This document shows positions 36,577 through 47,000 of a stretch of 64,000 nucleotides of DNA, piece after piece. Positions within the stretch are counted from its first letter, which is position 1, and each line of letters opens with the position of its first letter. Below the pieces are notes generated by a model, which saw only the letters and a program-made list of their open reading frames with translations, was not told where the DNA came from and made no database searches. The stretch comes from a virus. Lineage: Duplodnaviria > Caudoviricetes. The stretch covers positions 9,406-73,405 of IMG/VR virus record IMGVR_UViG_3300033076_001137; one strand, given 5' to 3'. The translations under genes were made by a program, and so were the position numbers.

Positions 36577-37413
36577 TCAGAATCCGCTGTCCTCAAGATC
36601 AGCGAAAGCGTCATCAAGATCACGAGCAGCAGCCTTCGGACCGGAGCTAGTCTTCTTCGCGGGCTTGAGATCATCATCATCATCGAATGCAGCGAGCTTG
36701 TTATCCGTCTCGGTGCGAGGAGCCGGACCGCCGCGAGTGGTGCCAGTATCGCTCGAGCCACCACCGTTGATCCAATCGTTGACGATCTTCTCGATCTCGT
36801 CGTAGGACTTGAGATTCGCGGCCTCATCTACCTCTGGAATCGACTCGAGCCACTTCTTGGCCTGAGCAGAATCACGACTGAGGGGCTCAACTTTCGCGCG
36901 GGGAGAGATCTTCGTGTCGGCAAACTGCTTACCAGGAAGCTTCGAGACTGTGACACGGATATCACGACCCTCGAGCGGATCCGTGATGTCGCCATAGTCC
37001 TCATCGAGCATGAGATTCAGGATATCCTGATAGACCATCTTTCCAAACGACCAGATGCGGACGCCCTTGTCCTCCTCACCACGAACGATGACGGGAGCGA
37101 AGGTACGCATCTTCGGAGCGACCTTCTTCGCAAGCTCGCGGCTCGTGTCGCTGCCCTCGTCGTAGAGCTTGCTGCGAAGCTCCTTGATGGGATCGGGCTT
37201 GCCGAACTGGAAGGGAGCAAGGATACCCGGGCTGTTGCCAACACCGTAGTAGTACCAGCGATCCTTGAAGGGCTGACCGTCGTTATTCTGGAATGCCAGG
37301 AGTCGAACCGTGTACTCCTTGCCCTCCTCGGGCTTCCACTGCTGGTCACGCTTATTGTTCTTGCCGGAGAGTTCACCGAGCTTGCGGCGGATTGCGTCGA
37401 GATCGATTGCCAT
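36577..37413 (-). CDS. gp32-like single-stranded DNA-binding protein
   Basis: WKPEEG...VRLL, RTFAPVIVRGEE..GV.IWSFG, DITDPLEGRDI, acidic C-terminal tail. Confidence 0.85.
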   Translation of the reverse strand: MAIDLDAIRRKLGELSGKNNKRDQQWKPEEGKEYTVRLLAFQNNDGQPFKDRWYYYGVGNSPGILAPFQFGKPDPIKELRSKLYDEGSDTSRELAKKVAPKMRTFAPVIVRGEEDKGVRIWSFGKMVYQDILNLMLDEDYGDITDPLEGRDIRVTVSKLPGKQFADTKISPRAKVEPLSRDSAQAKKWLESIPEVDEAANLKSYDEIEKIVNDWINGGGSSDTGTTRGGPAPRTETDNKLAAFDDDDDLKPAKKTSSGPKAAARDLDDAFADLEDSGF

Positions 37414-37556
37414 GATAGTTTGTATGTCCTTGAATGATTGATTGTTGTTGATAGACGGAGAGTTTCTGCTTGCGCTTCCCCTCTCCGGAGTTACCCGATG
37501 TCCCGCCTTTCGAGCCAGAACATAGGGAGATTGTATGATGTGGGTTGATTTTTTTC
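37414..37556 (-). promoter_or_regulatory. sigma70-like promoter and structured 5' leader of the SSB gene
   Basis: CTGAAA-17 nt-TACAAT, then hairpins CCCTATGTTC/GGACATCGGG and CGGAGAG/CTCTCCG, then an unstructured CAA-rich stretch before the ATG. Confidence 0.5.
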
Positions 37557-37800
37557 AGCGCTTCTTGTGTTTTTTCGGTAATCCACCGAATGAGCGACGA
37601 GCGACTTTGGTAACATCGCGACGTGGACCTGGGGGTCTCATCCCGAGCGGCAAAGTATAGCCCGCCACCGCACCAGCTCCTGAGAATTCATCGAGCTCTT
37701 CCTCACTCATGCACGCATCGCCCTCATCCATCCCACATGAGATCTCATCGAGAGCTTCGATAATCATGAGTCGAAGAGATTTTCTGTCCAATGTTTCCAT
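37555..37800 (-). CDS. small protein with N-terminal leader motif
   Basis: METLDRKSLRLMIIEALDE...LDEFSGAGAVAGYTLPLG. Confidence 0.7.
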   Translation of the reverse strand: METLDRKSLRLMIIEALDEISCGMDEGDACMSEEELDEFSGAGAVAGYTLPLGMRPPGPRRDVTKVARRSFGGLPKKHKKR

Positions 37801-37805
37801 GATCT

Positions 37806-37812
37806 TAATTAT
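37806..37812 (-). promoter_or_regulatory. ATAnTTA putative late promoter (ATAATTA)
   Basis: 6 nt upstream of ATG 37800. Confidence 0.5.
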
Positions 37813-38393
37813 TCGCTTCCAACCTTTCTGACCAGGATATCACGTGCCGATCGTAGAAGAATGGTGAGAGTCGGCTCAGCTGTCGGAGCAAGACGGCTCT
37901 CGACCCAATCGGGTGGGCGGCTCGGGCCACGGATCGCCATGAACTCCTCCTCGCTGAGCTTTACACCGTAGTGATTTAGAAGGAAGAGCGAACGCTCTGG
38001 GATCGTCATGCGATTGAGACGCTCGTTGGGCTTATAGAAAGCCCCAAGCTTTTCTCGTCGCCAACTCTCTTCCTCTGGAACAAAATAAGGCTCCTCGAGA
38101 CTTCCAACTTTCCCGATCTCATGTAGGAGACCAACTACAAGGATGGACTCCGTTGAAGCTCCCAGCTCGAAAGCGTCATTGATGCGCTTCATGCCCTTCG
38201 CTACCGTGATCGCTTGTTGAACGAGCCCACCCGGCTCGCAACCAGGACTGTCATTTCGAGGTTCAGCTGGACACATCAGAAGTCGCTCGCCAAGGTCGTC
38301 CAGCAACTGCTGGAGTCCGGATCCACGATTGATCTTATCAGCAAGCTTGGCGTAACTTGTCCAGAGGTCAGTAAGCTCTCGTTCGTTCATCAT
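37809..38393 (-). CDS. HD-domain-like protein, degenerate motifs
   Basis: GGLVQQAITV and LLHEIGKVG in place of the usual GGLxxH and HDxGK; ERSLFLL..YG..LSEEE..AI. Confidence 0.65.
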   Translation of the reverse strand: MMNERELTDLWTSYAKLADKINRGSGLQQLLDDLGERLLMCPAEPRNDSPGCEPGGLVQQAITVAKGMKRINDAFELGASTESILVVGLLHEIGKVGSLEEPYFVPEEESWRREKLGAFYKPNERLNRMTIPERSLFLLNHYGVKLSEEEFMAIRGPSRPPDWVESRLAPTAEPTLTILLRSARDILVRKVGSE

Positions 38394-38424
38394 GATTAGA
38401 ATCTAAACGAGAGCACCAATATTT

Positions 38425-38853
38425 TCAGCTGACGATCATCTTTACGATAACTTTGTTTCCCGAGCGCTCAACAAATGTCCGCTGGGGAAGAGCGATCCGA
38501 TTCATGAGCTCAGCGACAGCGAGAGTGTCACGGATGAAATATTCTCCCATCAGACCTTGTCGAAAATTTGAAAGGTCACGTGACATTGGAAGAACGATGT
38601 AGTACTCCCCGCCAGATGTCTTCATGTTAATGTCTTCGAAAAGTCCGTCAAGGGGCTTCGATTGAATCGCTCGCTCCAGAACTTCATAAGCTTCTTTATG
38701 AAAATCCTCTCCCTTTCCATAGTAAGATCCCAAATTTAAGCCGCCGATCATCGATGCTGGATCTGACTTAACTTTACCCGATGCGCGACTTGAGAGTTTC
38801 GCTTCGCCGAAACGCGGATATTTAGATTTGAATTTGTTCCTGAGCGCGCTCAC
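38425..38853 (-). CDS. hypothetical protein
   Basis: 142-aa ORF, GTG start with GGAG upstream. Confidence 0.65.
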   Translation of the reverse strand: MSALRNKFKSKYPRFGEAKLSSRASGKVKSDPASMIGGLNLGSYYGKGEDFHKEAYEVLERAIQSKPLDGLFEDINMKTSGGEYYIVLPMSRDLSNFRQGLMGEYFIRDTLAVAELMNRIALPQRTFVERSGNKVIVKMIVS

Positions 38854-40017
38854 TCATCCCTCCTCATCTACATAGGCCGGTTCGAAGGAAAGGTAAAAAT
38901 GTCCAAGCCGATCTATATCCACTCCTTCGCTAACGATCTCTCTCATGCGATCGATCGAGTCCGGATGGCAATCGATGAGCAGAGCATCGTGTAATACAAA
39001 CACGGGCTGCACCAGAAGATCCTCAGATTCGATCCTGTCCATGATGATGCTGAATCCCATGAGCGAGACATCGACTGCCGTTGACTGCGTGTAGTGAGAT
39101 ACAGCGAGGTGAGGATCACGAGCCTCAGATATCGGTCTCCCCCAAAAATTCTTGGGTTCGTCAGATTCTACGATTCTGCGACGAAGTGACTCTAAACCGA
39201 AGTAATCGTTGATCTCCTTCATCAATCTAGAGGCATCAGCTCCCACTTCCTCTCGAACAGATTGGCCTGACGCGCCGTAGAGGGACTTCAGCGTCGCAAG
39301 CTTCGCGTGACGTCTGTCGACGCCCTTCAGACGCTCGGCGATGGCTCCGTAGATGTCAGCTGGCGCCTCGCCGCTTCTGAGGAGTCTGAGAACTCTGGGC
39401 TCAAGCGAGACGAAATCGATCTGGTAGACTCTCCCACCGTCATATCGACTCGACAGGATCTTCCTGTGAGCTTTCTGAAGCGTAAGGATTCTGGGACCCT
39501 CCGCGACGGTTAAGCGTCCCGTCGCAGTCCTGTGAGAGTAAACCACAGGTTCGGCCATGCTGTCGGGTCCTGGTTCGAAAGTCTCCAGCACGTTGAACTG
39601 CTGCGATTCAGACTGAGCGACGCGAAGCGCAGCAAGGTCGATCCGACACGGAACCAAGCGCTCGAGAACGGAACGACCTGCGACCAATGTCTCAGAATAA
39701 TCACCGACAACCGCCAGAAGCTCGTCGAGCTCATCCGAGATCGTAGACAGATTCTCATATAGGACCCGTTGCGGGATGACCAGAGGCCACGGCACGGCCC
39801 CTCTTGACAACCCATCCATCGAACTGACAAACTCAGGGGGTATGAGACTCGGAAGATCCCTATCACACGATTCGTAGATTGACTCGATCGAACGAGACGT
39901 TGAACGATCACCGATACACCACGCGTCAGATGATACGCTTTCGGACCAGATGATCTTGTTGTCTCTCAGGATGGCATGCTTCGGTGAATTTAAAGCCAGT
40001 CTCGATGCGTATATCAT
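38854..40017 (-). CDS. family-A DNA polymerase catalytic domain without exonuclease domains
   Basis: TATGRL, motif A IDFVSLEPR, motif B AK...LYG, QSTAVD, motif C LHDALL. Confidence 0.8.
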   Translation of the reverse strand: MIYASRLALNSPKHAILRDNKIIWSESVSSDAWCIGDRSTSRSIESIYESCDRDLPSLIPPEFVSSMDGLSRGAVPWPLVIPQRVLYENLSTISDELDELLAVVGDYSETLVAGRSVLERLVPCRIDLAALRVAQSESQQFNVLETFEPGPDSMAEPVVYSHRTATGRLTVAEGPRILTLQKAHRKILSSRYDGGRVYQIDFVSLEPRVLRLLRSGEAPADIYGAIAERLKGVDRRHAKLATLKSLYGASGQSVREEVGADASRLMKEINDYFGLESLRRRIVESDEPKNFWGRPISEARDPHLAVSHYTQSTAVDVSLMGFSIIMDRIESEDLLVQPVFVLHDALLIDCHPDSIDRMREIVSEGVDIDRLGHFYLSFEPAYVDEEG

Positions 40018-40047
40018 ACGAAATGATAATATGTCGAGAGGTTATTT

Positions 40048-43000
40048 TCAGATCGATCCAATCACCGGAATGACTTCATCATTGAAAATAAGCTCAGCGA
40101 GTGTTGGGTCATTGCTTCGAAGGGCTAAGAGAGCATCGTTCAACGAATTAACAGCGTCTATATTAGACTGCGCGTCACGAGCAAATCTTTCAGCCTCCTC
40201 TTGCGCGCGTAGAAGCTCAATTTTCGCAGTTTCAGCAGCTTGGATCGCAGAAGATCCAACTGCCGCGCGCGCGGCGTCTTGGACTGCTCTTTCAGCCGCA
40301 GCTTTAGCAGAGTTAAGTTTCCATTGAGCTGTAATTTGAGCTTGAGCGACCTTCTCATCAATTGCGCTCTTGACTTCCTTGAGATTTTCAATCGCCTTTC
40401 TAACGTTTAACACCCCGTCTTGCAAGTCGAACTTTTCTTTATCGGAGGCGTTATTGGTCGCTGTAACTTGATCTATTTCGTTAAAGGGCGCGTTGTATTG
40501 GACTTTCTGGGTTTCTAGAGTGTTTCCACGTACCACCGACAGCGCTGCAGCTAGATTCTGAGCGAGGCTAGTGTAGGTGGCGAAGCCTTGTCCATAACTC
40601 ATCTTGACCTCAGACTTAAAGCCGTCGCTTCCTATCGTGTGATCGATCTGAGTCACGAAATAGACGTTATCCGCCGTCGTGCCCGTTCCAAAATCAACAA
40701 AGAGACGCTGCATCGGGAAAAAGAGTGGGCAGCCGACGGTGCTGAGGCTCAGTTGTGACGGTACGATCTGCATCGGAACTCCAGCATCTACAGCAGCAGG
40801 ATCGTAATCACCTGCAGCGTTGAAGGCGCGTTGGAGCATCACGTTTCCGAGACCCGCGTTGTTGTTCGATTGCAGGTTCGCTGTCGTAATCGCCGAATTC
40901 TGACTACCGTATACTATGTACGGCATGCCAGCAGACACACGTGATTTAATCTCTTCATAAGTCCCGTTGACTTTGAAACAGTTGTCAGGAATCCCTTCTG
41001 CATTAACTTTTTGAAGTATTGGATTGAGACCTTCTGAAAGCTGAGTAATGATGGCTAACGTTTCGTCTTTCTGTTTTTCAGAAACGCCGCCCGGAGCGGA
41101 AGCCTGTTGATTGAACTCCGAAGTAGGAATTCGAACGACATTGAGCTGGTCGTCACGAGTCGCCGCAAGTATCTCGCCAAGTGTGGAGAATGGATCCTGA
41201 GCTGCATCGTAGATATGCAGCTTTATCATCGTTTTCTCAGCAATTTCGTTGTTATTGGCGTCCAGAAGCGGGCATGCCTCAACCTCTATCTGTATGTTGG
41301 GCTGAACGAATTTTCCGGTAGTAATACCAACGCTCTTCAGACGATTCTCACGTGTCGTTTCGTAGTTTGGCTCTATTTTGTAGCCGTTGCTCTTGACGGC
41401 GACCAGGTTGGATTTCACTCCCTTTAGTTCATTTATCTGCGTTTCGATCGGTGAGGCCTTACCGGGATCTGTTACTGTTTTAAGGCTTTCACGTAGTTCA
41501 TTTATTCTCTTATCAATTTTTGTGATATTCTCGTCAACGGCTGCTTTGTTTAGGGAGACTGAGAGCTTTTCGAGCTCTGCTTCACCTTTCTGGGCCTTCG
41601 CAGAGTTGTAGAAATTCGACATCAGATACGCACGGTCAGCGGGAAAGCTCACGAATCTATCGTTGATTATCGAGATCACGTCTCTTAGGGAAAGATCTTG
41701 GACTTTACCCGCCGATGTTGCGATAGCGGTGTTAAAAAGATTCGACTCAATCGGAAAGCAGCTCACGGGTAGTGAATTGACAGCACCGGCGTATCTGTTG
41801 AAAGGATAGAATATCAGCTGAATCTCATCATAGAGCTGAGATTTTGCCAGCTGAGCGCCCACGATATTGCTGAATATTGCCCCAAGTGAAATGAAGTCGG
41901 AGGGATTCTTAGTATCTGTTATAACCTTGGTGTAATCATCGACCGTGAGTGGGTTGTTCATATCGCTGAGGCCACCGCCCAGCGTAGATTGAGATTCTGT
42001 GAAGAGAGATCCCGGATAGTAATTGCTGCTTCCCAAAGCGGCGTTCATATTAGCGAAGCGACCCTGAGACTTCATGTCGGAGGCGAAAGGATCAACGTCC
42101 ATCTTGGGAATGTCAGATACGATCTTGGAATAATCCTGTTTCATTGAAGTTTTATACTTCGCTACGAGGCTTTCATGATCGATTTCATATAAATTGCTCT
42201 CACCCTTACGCTCAACTTTCCCGTAGGCGGATGCAAGAAGAGCGCGCGCGGATGCTGGAACTGCGTTTGACGTCAACGCTTCGGAAATCTGTTTTAGGAC
42301 GCCCTGATCATCTGCGGCCGATAGGATCGAGTTCGGGTCAGTGAATTGAGTGATAGTATCGATCTTTGAAAGTGATGGAGTTTTTGGAAGTCTTTGGTAT
42401 TCCTGCAGAATATCAGAGAGTTGACGCGCCAGTCTCTCCAGCTGATTGTAGATCGAAACGTTTCCTCGCATACGAAGAAATAGAAGATCCGTGCTTCCCA
42501 CGGTAGCCAAGCTCAGACTCACCTTAACCTGACCGACATCGTCGAACGTGTAAGACGAGTTGATGATCCTATAGCGCTGCTTCACCTTGAGAGCATCTAG
42601 GAGAGTCCCGTAAGCGTTGCTCGATGCTATTCCTCCATCGATGTGTGACCATCCATATGTGATATCCATGAACGTCAAGCCGTACAGGTCGGGTCGCACG
42701 AAATCAACGAAATCACGAAGCCGAGAGCGATCATGTATCACGATCTCGAGGCGCGCCGTGGCGAAAGAAAGACCACCACCGGCAGTACGAAGCTTGTTGG
42801 AAACCTGAAGCTGTCCCAAGCTCATCGGAGGCCTGAAGCGATCAATCACAGGGACGTCCTCCTTGCCCCTTGCAGCAGCGTCCATATTGGTGAGGGTCGC
42901 CGGAGACGTGAACATTTCCATGCTGGACTTCGCGCCAATTAACGGGGTTCCTCCCTGCGTGATTGCACCCGCCTCGGTGACGATCCTAGTGTTTTGAGCT

Positions 43001-43719
43001 GATAGAATACCTTGATCTACGGCGCTTAGCGATCCCGGATTTAGGAACTTTAGAAGCGTTATTCCCTCGCCCAAGCCCTTCTCATCAGGAGCAAGAGCGC
43101 TTCTGGGGGTAATCACATCGATATCGACGTACGGGACGCACTTGCTGAACTCGATATTAGGAATCCCATTCAGAAAAATCTGCAGCGCGCCAACATCACG
43201 AGTAGCAGGGCCTAGATAAGGATTCTCGACGTTAATGGCGTAGAGATTTGGTCGCTCCTTTGTCGGTCGCAACATGTAAGTGTTTGGTTGATTCCGCGGT
43301 GAAAATATTTTTTTCGGAACTATGGTGCCCGCAACGAAAATGTCTTTCGCTGGATTAAGAATGCTGTCATAAACACCGTAAATTTTCACCTGCTCGAGTC
43401 TTCTTCGATCAACGGGAATATTTCCTTCTACTATCAGAGAACTTACCCTCTGATTAAAATAGACGATCCCACGACTTCCGAAGATCAGCTCTGCGAGCTC
43501 GTCTTCGAATGAAATTCCAACTGAAACATCAGTGTTTCCTGCGTCTATAACTCTCTGATATCCCGTAACTTTGTCTGATGCGCTCTTATCCGTCAGATCA
43601 TTTGAGGCCTGCTCGGCTGCGATCAAACGTGACTTAGCGATGTACTCTGACGTTGTCGTAGCGCCAAAATACACCGAAAGCTTTCTAACAGCCTGCGTTA
43701 TCAGAGGACTACGAGGCAT
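40048..43719 (-). CDS. large baseplate hub/tail protein
   Basis: 1223 aa between baseplate genes; C-terminal GCPLFFPMQRLFVDF...YFVTQIDHTI...FKSEV resembles hub (gp27/late control D-type) termini. Confidence 0.6.
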   Translation of the reverse strand: MPRSPLITQAVRKLSVYFGATTTSEYIAKSRLIAAEQASNDLTDKSASDKVTGYQRVIDAGNTDVSVGISFEDELAELIFGSRGIVYFNQRVSSLIVEGNIPVDRRRLEQVKIYGVYDSILNPAKDIFVAGTIVPKKIFSPRNQPNTYMLRPTKERPNLYAINVENPYLGPATRDVGALQIFLNGIPNIEFSKCVPYVDIDVITPRSALAPDEKGLGEGITLLKFLNPGSLSAVDQGILSAQNTRIVTEAGAITQGGTPLIGAKSSMEMFTSPATLTNMDAAARGKEDVPVIDRFRPPMSLGQLQVSNKLRTAGGGLSFATARLEIVIHDRSRLRDFVDFVRPDLYGLTFMDITYGWSHIDGGIASSNAYGTLLDALKVKQRYRIINSSYTFDDVGQVKVSLSLATVGSTDLLFLRMRGNVSIYNQLERLARQLSDILQEYQRLPKTPSLSKIDTITQFTDPNSILSAADDQGVLKQISEALTSNAVPASARALLASAYGKVERKGESNLYEIDHESLVAKYKTSMKQDYSKIVSDIPKMDVDPFASDMKSQGRFANMNAALGSSNYYPGSLFTESQSTLGGGLSDMNNPLTVDDYTKVITDTKNPSDFISLGAIFSNIVGAQLAKSQLYDEIQLIFYPFNRYAGAVNSLPVSCFPIESNLFNTAIATSAGKVQDLSLRDVISIINDRFVSFPADRAYLMSNFYNSAKAQKGEAELEKLSVSLNKAAVDENITKIDKRINELRESLKTVTDPGKASPIETQINELKGVKSNLVAVKSNGYKIEPNYETTRENRLKSVGITTGKFVQPNIQIEVEACPLLDANNNEIAEKTMIKLHIYDAAQDPFSTLGEILAATRDDQLNVVRIPTSEFNQQASAPGGVSEKQKDETLAIITQLSEGLNPILQKVNAEGIPDNCFKVNGTYEEIKSRVSAGMPYIVYGSQNSAITTANLQSNNNAGLGNVMLQRAFNAAGDYDPAAVDAGVPMQIVPSQLSLSTVGCPLFFPMQRLFVDFGTGTTADNVYFVTQIDHTIGSDGFKSEVKMSYGQGFATYTSLAQNLAAALSVVRGNTLETQKVQYNAPFNEIDQVTATNNASDKEKFDLQDGVLNVRKAIENLKEVKSAIDEKVAQAQITAQWKLNSAKAAAERAVQDAARAAVGSSAIQAAETAKIELLRAQEEAERFARDAQSNIDAVNSLNDALLALRSNDPTLAELIFNDEVIPVIGSI

Positions 43720-44012
43720 TAAAGCAGCCTCATAACAGCGTTGATATCGATCGGAACTAGGATTCTAGTTCCCGGAGGGGATTGCAACCACCATCCGATT
43801 CCGCTGGCAGCAGCAATGACCCACCACATCTTGCCATCGCCGTAGGAATCGAAAGCGATCTGGTCAAGACGTTGACCTTCGACCATCACGAACTCGTTGC
43901 AGAGCAGGCTGCCAGCGCTCACTGCTTCTTTTATGCGTCGAGCAGCCGCCGGAGTCGCAAGGCGACGCTGCGTGTCCAATATGGGAGTTCTAGAGTATCT
44001 GCTGGTCGACAT
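43719..44012 (-). CDS. LysM/tail-X-like baseplate protein
   Basis: RLDQIAFDSYGDGKMWWVIAAAS...G..I.VP. Confidence 0.8.
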   Translation of the reverse strand: MSTSRYSRTPILDTQRRLATPAAARRIKEAVSAGSLLCNEFVMVEGQRLDQIAFDSYGDGKMWWVIAAASGIGWWLQSPPGTRILVPIDINAVMRLL

Positions 44013-47000
44013 CAGGTCCTTGTCTTAGGTGCCTTATTGTATTCATTGTAAGCCACTTGATTAGTGCGCGTTCCGCGACCATACGGACTTGTCTCTCCAC
44101 CTTCAGTAATCTTTGTAATCGTCTCTCCAACTGGGTACAGCGGCGCGCGGTTGAATCCTTCGTGATCGAGACCTGGGGCGATGTCGTGCATGACGTCGAA
44201 CTGCATGTCGACTGTGCAATAGCGCGGAGCACGATTTCCAGGGCCGTCATCTCCAGCTCCCCACGGAGCGTCCATCCATCCGAATTTTAGTGAGGTGCAG
44301 ACTGCGGGAAGTCCCTTGCCCATCGTCGACTCGAATGAACGTATGATCGCGTTACCGTCGGGATCGTAAAAGGTCTTTTTGTCCATGGCGGGACCAGATG
44401 TGGTTGATCCGCTTGTCACGACGTAGGACTCAGATATCATTTTATCGATCATCCTTGTCTCTGGAGTCTCGACTTTCGTCGATCTCACTGCGCCATTGAA
44501 TTCTGACGCGAAATGTCGATATTTTTTTCCGCCAACGCTAAACTCGTACACAGACTTGCCGTCTTGCTTTGCGCCGGCGCTTAATTTAGTTCCGGAGGGA
44601 ATGGTCACGGGTTCCGTCCCGCCGCCAATGATCCGAACATTACTAAATTTTAATTCCGTAGTCGTGACAGTCGGGCCGTCTTTCGAGCTTGTGTAAGACT
44701 CTTTTATCTGAACGACGTTCCCGCTAGCGTCACGTTCTGGAACCATTCTCGTCGCTGTCACTTCCTCGTTCACGCTGGTGAATTTCAAATTTGAATTTTC
44801 GTTTTGCTTGCTTGATACATCGGGATCAGCGAACCCAAAGAGCCTCTTCAGATTGAAACGCGAGTAATTGGAGCGGATCAGGTCACCGACACGAACCCTG
44901 ATCACTGGCGTCGCTGTAGGAATTTGGGAAAATGGCTGGATAAACGGGAACTTCACCTGGGTTCCACCTGCGTTGTTGGTACCCTGATTTATGCTAAGTT
45001 CCCGACCCTTCGACCATTGCGGGTAGACCATCGTCGTGAGCTTATTGATCTGCCACCACATGTGCTCGAAATCCTGCGGGTTGGCTGCAAACAGGTGGAA
45101 TTTCACGCTGAGAGATCGTTTCGTCCCCTTGTAGATCTTCGCATCCTCGATGCGACCGTATCCTGATATCGATGAGTACTCCGCTTGAAACCCGTCGCTG
45201 ACGTCGTCCAAGAAAGCGTTGAATGAGATGATTTCGTTTGTTCTAAGATCTTGGAAGTAGAATGGCATATATTCGGAATCAAGAAGCTGCTCGATCTCAC
45301 CAACTTGCTCTGGGGTGAAACGATTTTTTCCTTTTGGTGAATCGCCAAAAAACAACTGAGTTTTCAGATTCGAAGTCTCTAAAGCTTCATTAATTTTTAT
45401 CTTATATTGCGTGGGCAACAATCTCAGAGCGGGTATGTTATACCCGTCGAGTGATGTTATTTTTGAGCCCGCGGAAGCTTTGGGTGATCTTATTCTGCTC
45501 GAGGCAAAGGAGACGTTGGATTTATGATCTGCGGTCTCATTAATGCTATACTCTCTCGATGCATCATATCGAAGGTAGATCATATCGCCTGATTTAGCAA
45601 AAACTTCAACAATGTCCACTATTCCAGCAGAGAATATCGATTCTACGACGCCGGAAGTTGCGAAACTGATCACGTCCGGTGTCGACCTGACCTCAGCTGC
45701 TATCGAGTTGATATTCTTTGATATGTTTCTAAAAATCGTCTCGTAATAACCTCGCTCCTGCTTTAGGGCGGCGAGCTCTAGCGTTCTTGCTGCTAGACCC
45801 AGGGAAATCTCAAGAAAAGAGAAAGCTTTATTTTGATCGGGTGAAGAGTCAGGATTGACGCCCATGAAAGCTGAAAAGCCGAGCATCGCGCATTCAAAGT
45901 ACCCACGCCTAGACACCGGCCTGTAGAACTCTGGCGCGCCGGCGCTTTTAATCAAGTTCGAAGCGAAAGACATCAGACGATCAAACGTGCCATCATCTAC
46001 CGCCGGTTTAACACCGTACTTCCCCAGGACGAGAGAATCATTTTCGGATCCTAACGTGCTATCGTGAGCTCCTATGACAGATGGTGGCGCGCCGTCCGTT
46101 CCAAAAAGATTCTGAGCTCCAACGATCACCGCAGCTACAGCGGTGATGGAAGCATAGATCGCGATTGAAGTGATCGCAAATGTCGAGATGTTCGATTGTG
46201 GAGCTGTGAAGGGCTCAAGTGGGCTGTACGCCACACCGGATGACTTACGGGCGTACCTATCTTCTCCGATTCCGTCCGTGGTGATCACGGCGTCAGTTGA
46301 GCCCGTATCACCTGACATACGACGCGTCGTTGAATTCATACCCTGCAAAGGAACATATTTCGCGGGGCGCAGATCATCAACATCGACTCGTGATATTCCA
46401 GACTGAACGGTAGAAGGTTCAATGCCCGCCTTGAGCGGGTTGTTCTCGTATTCCGCTGGATCGCCGTGACCTTTATTCTTTCCGGTCGCTGCGAGAAGCA
46501 TATCGAGAGTCGAGTTTCTGATATCATCGATCGATATTCTCGCAGCTCTAGGGTCGTAAGAGCTGCTGAGACCCTCCTCACTCAAAGTGTCCGAAACGGT
46601 CGCTCTCGATGATGCTGTTGTCGTGTCCTGATCCGGAAAATTCGGACGAGCCGGTGACGCAGCGTTGCTGCTGTCCACCACTTCAGCACCCGCCCGGGCC
46701 GTTGCGGGTCGATTAAGCATATAGTGACCGAGAGTGCTCGGTCTCGTGGTCGGATTGTTGCCCTCCCCGAGTGTTCCCTTATCAACAAGATCGTTGAGAT
46801 CGCCACCGGGACGACCGTCGAACTTACCCGAGTTCGAATACTCGAAAGTATCGGCGATACGATCACCGATCATGTCGGTGAAGCCCTTGGTCCTGATCTC
46901 ATCCTCAGCGATCGGAAACGTGTTTGATCGTTCCGGGATCGAACCGGCGAACTCGATCACCTCATCTCTCGGAACACGACCACGAGTGATCGAAGCGAGG

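Noticed and set aside
37470-37530. c-di-GMP-I (GEMM) riboswitch in the ssb leader
   Set aside because: It shares only CGAAAG..GGGAC; the GGCAAAC and GCAAAGC core elements are absent
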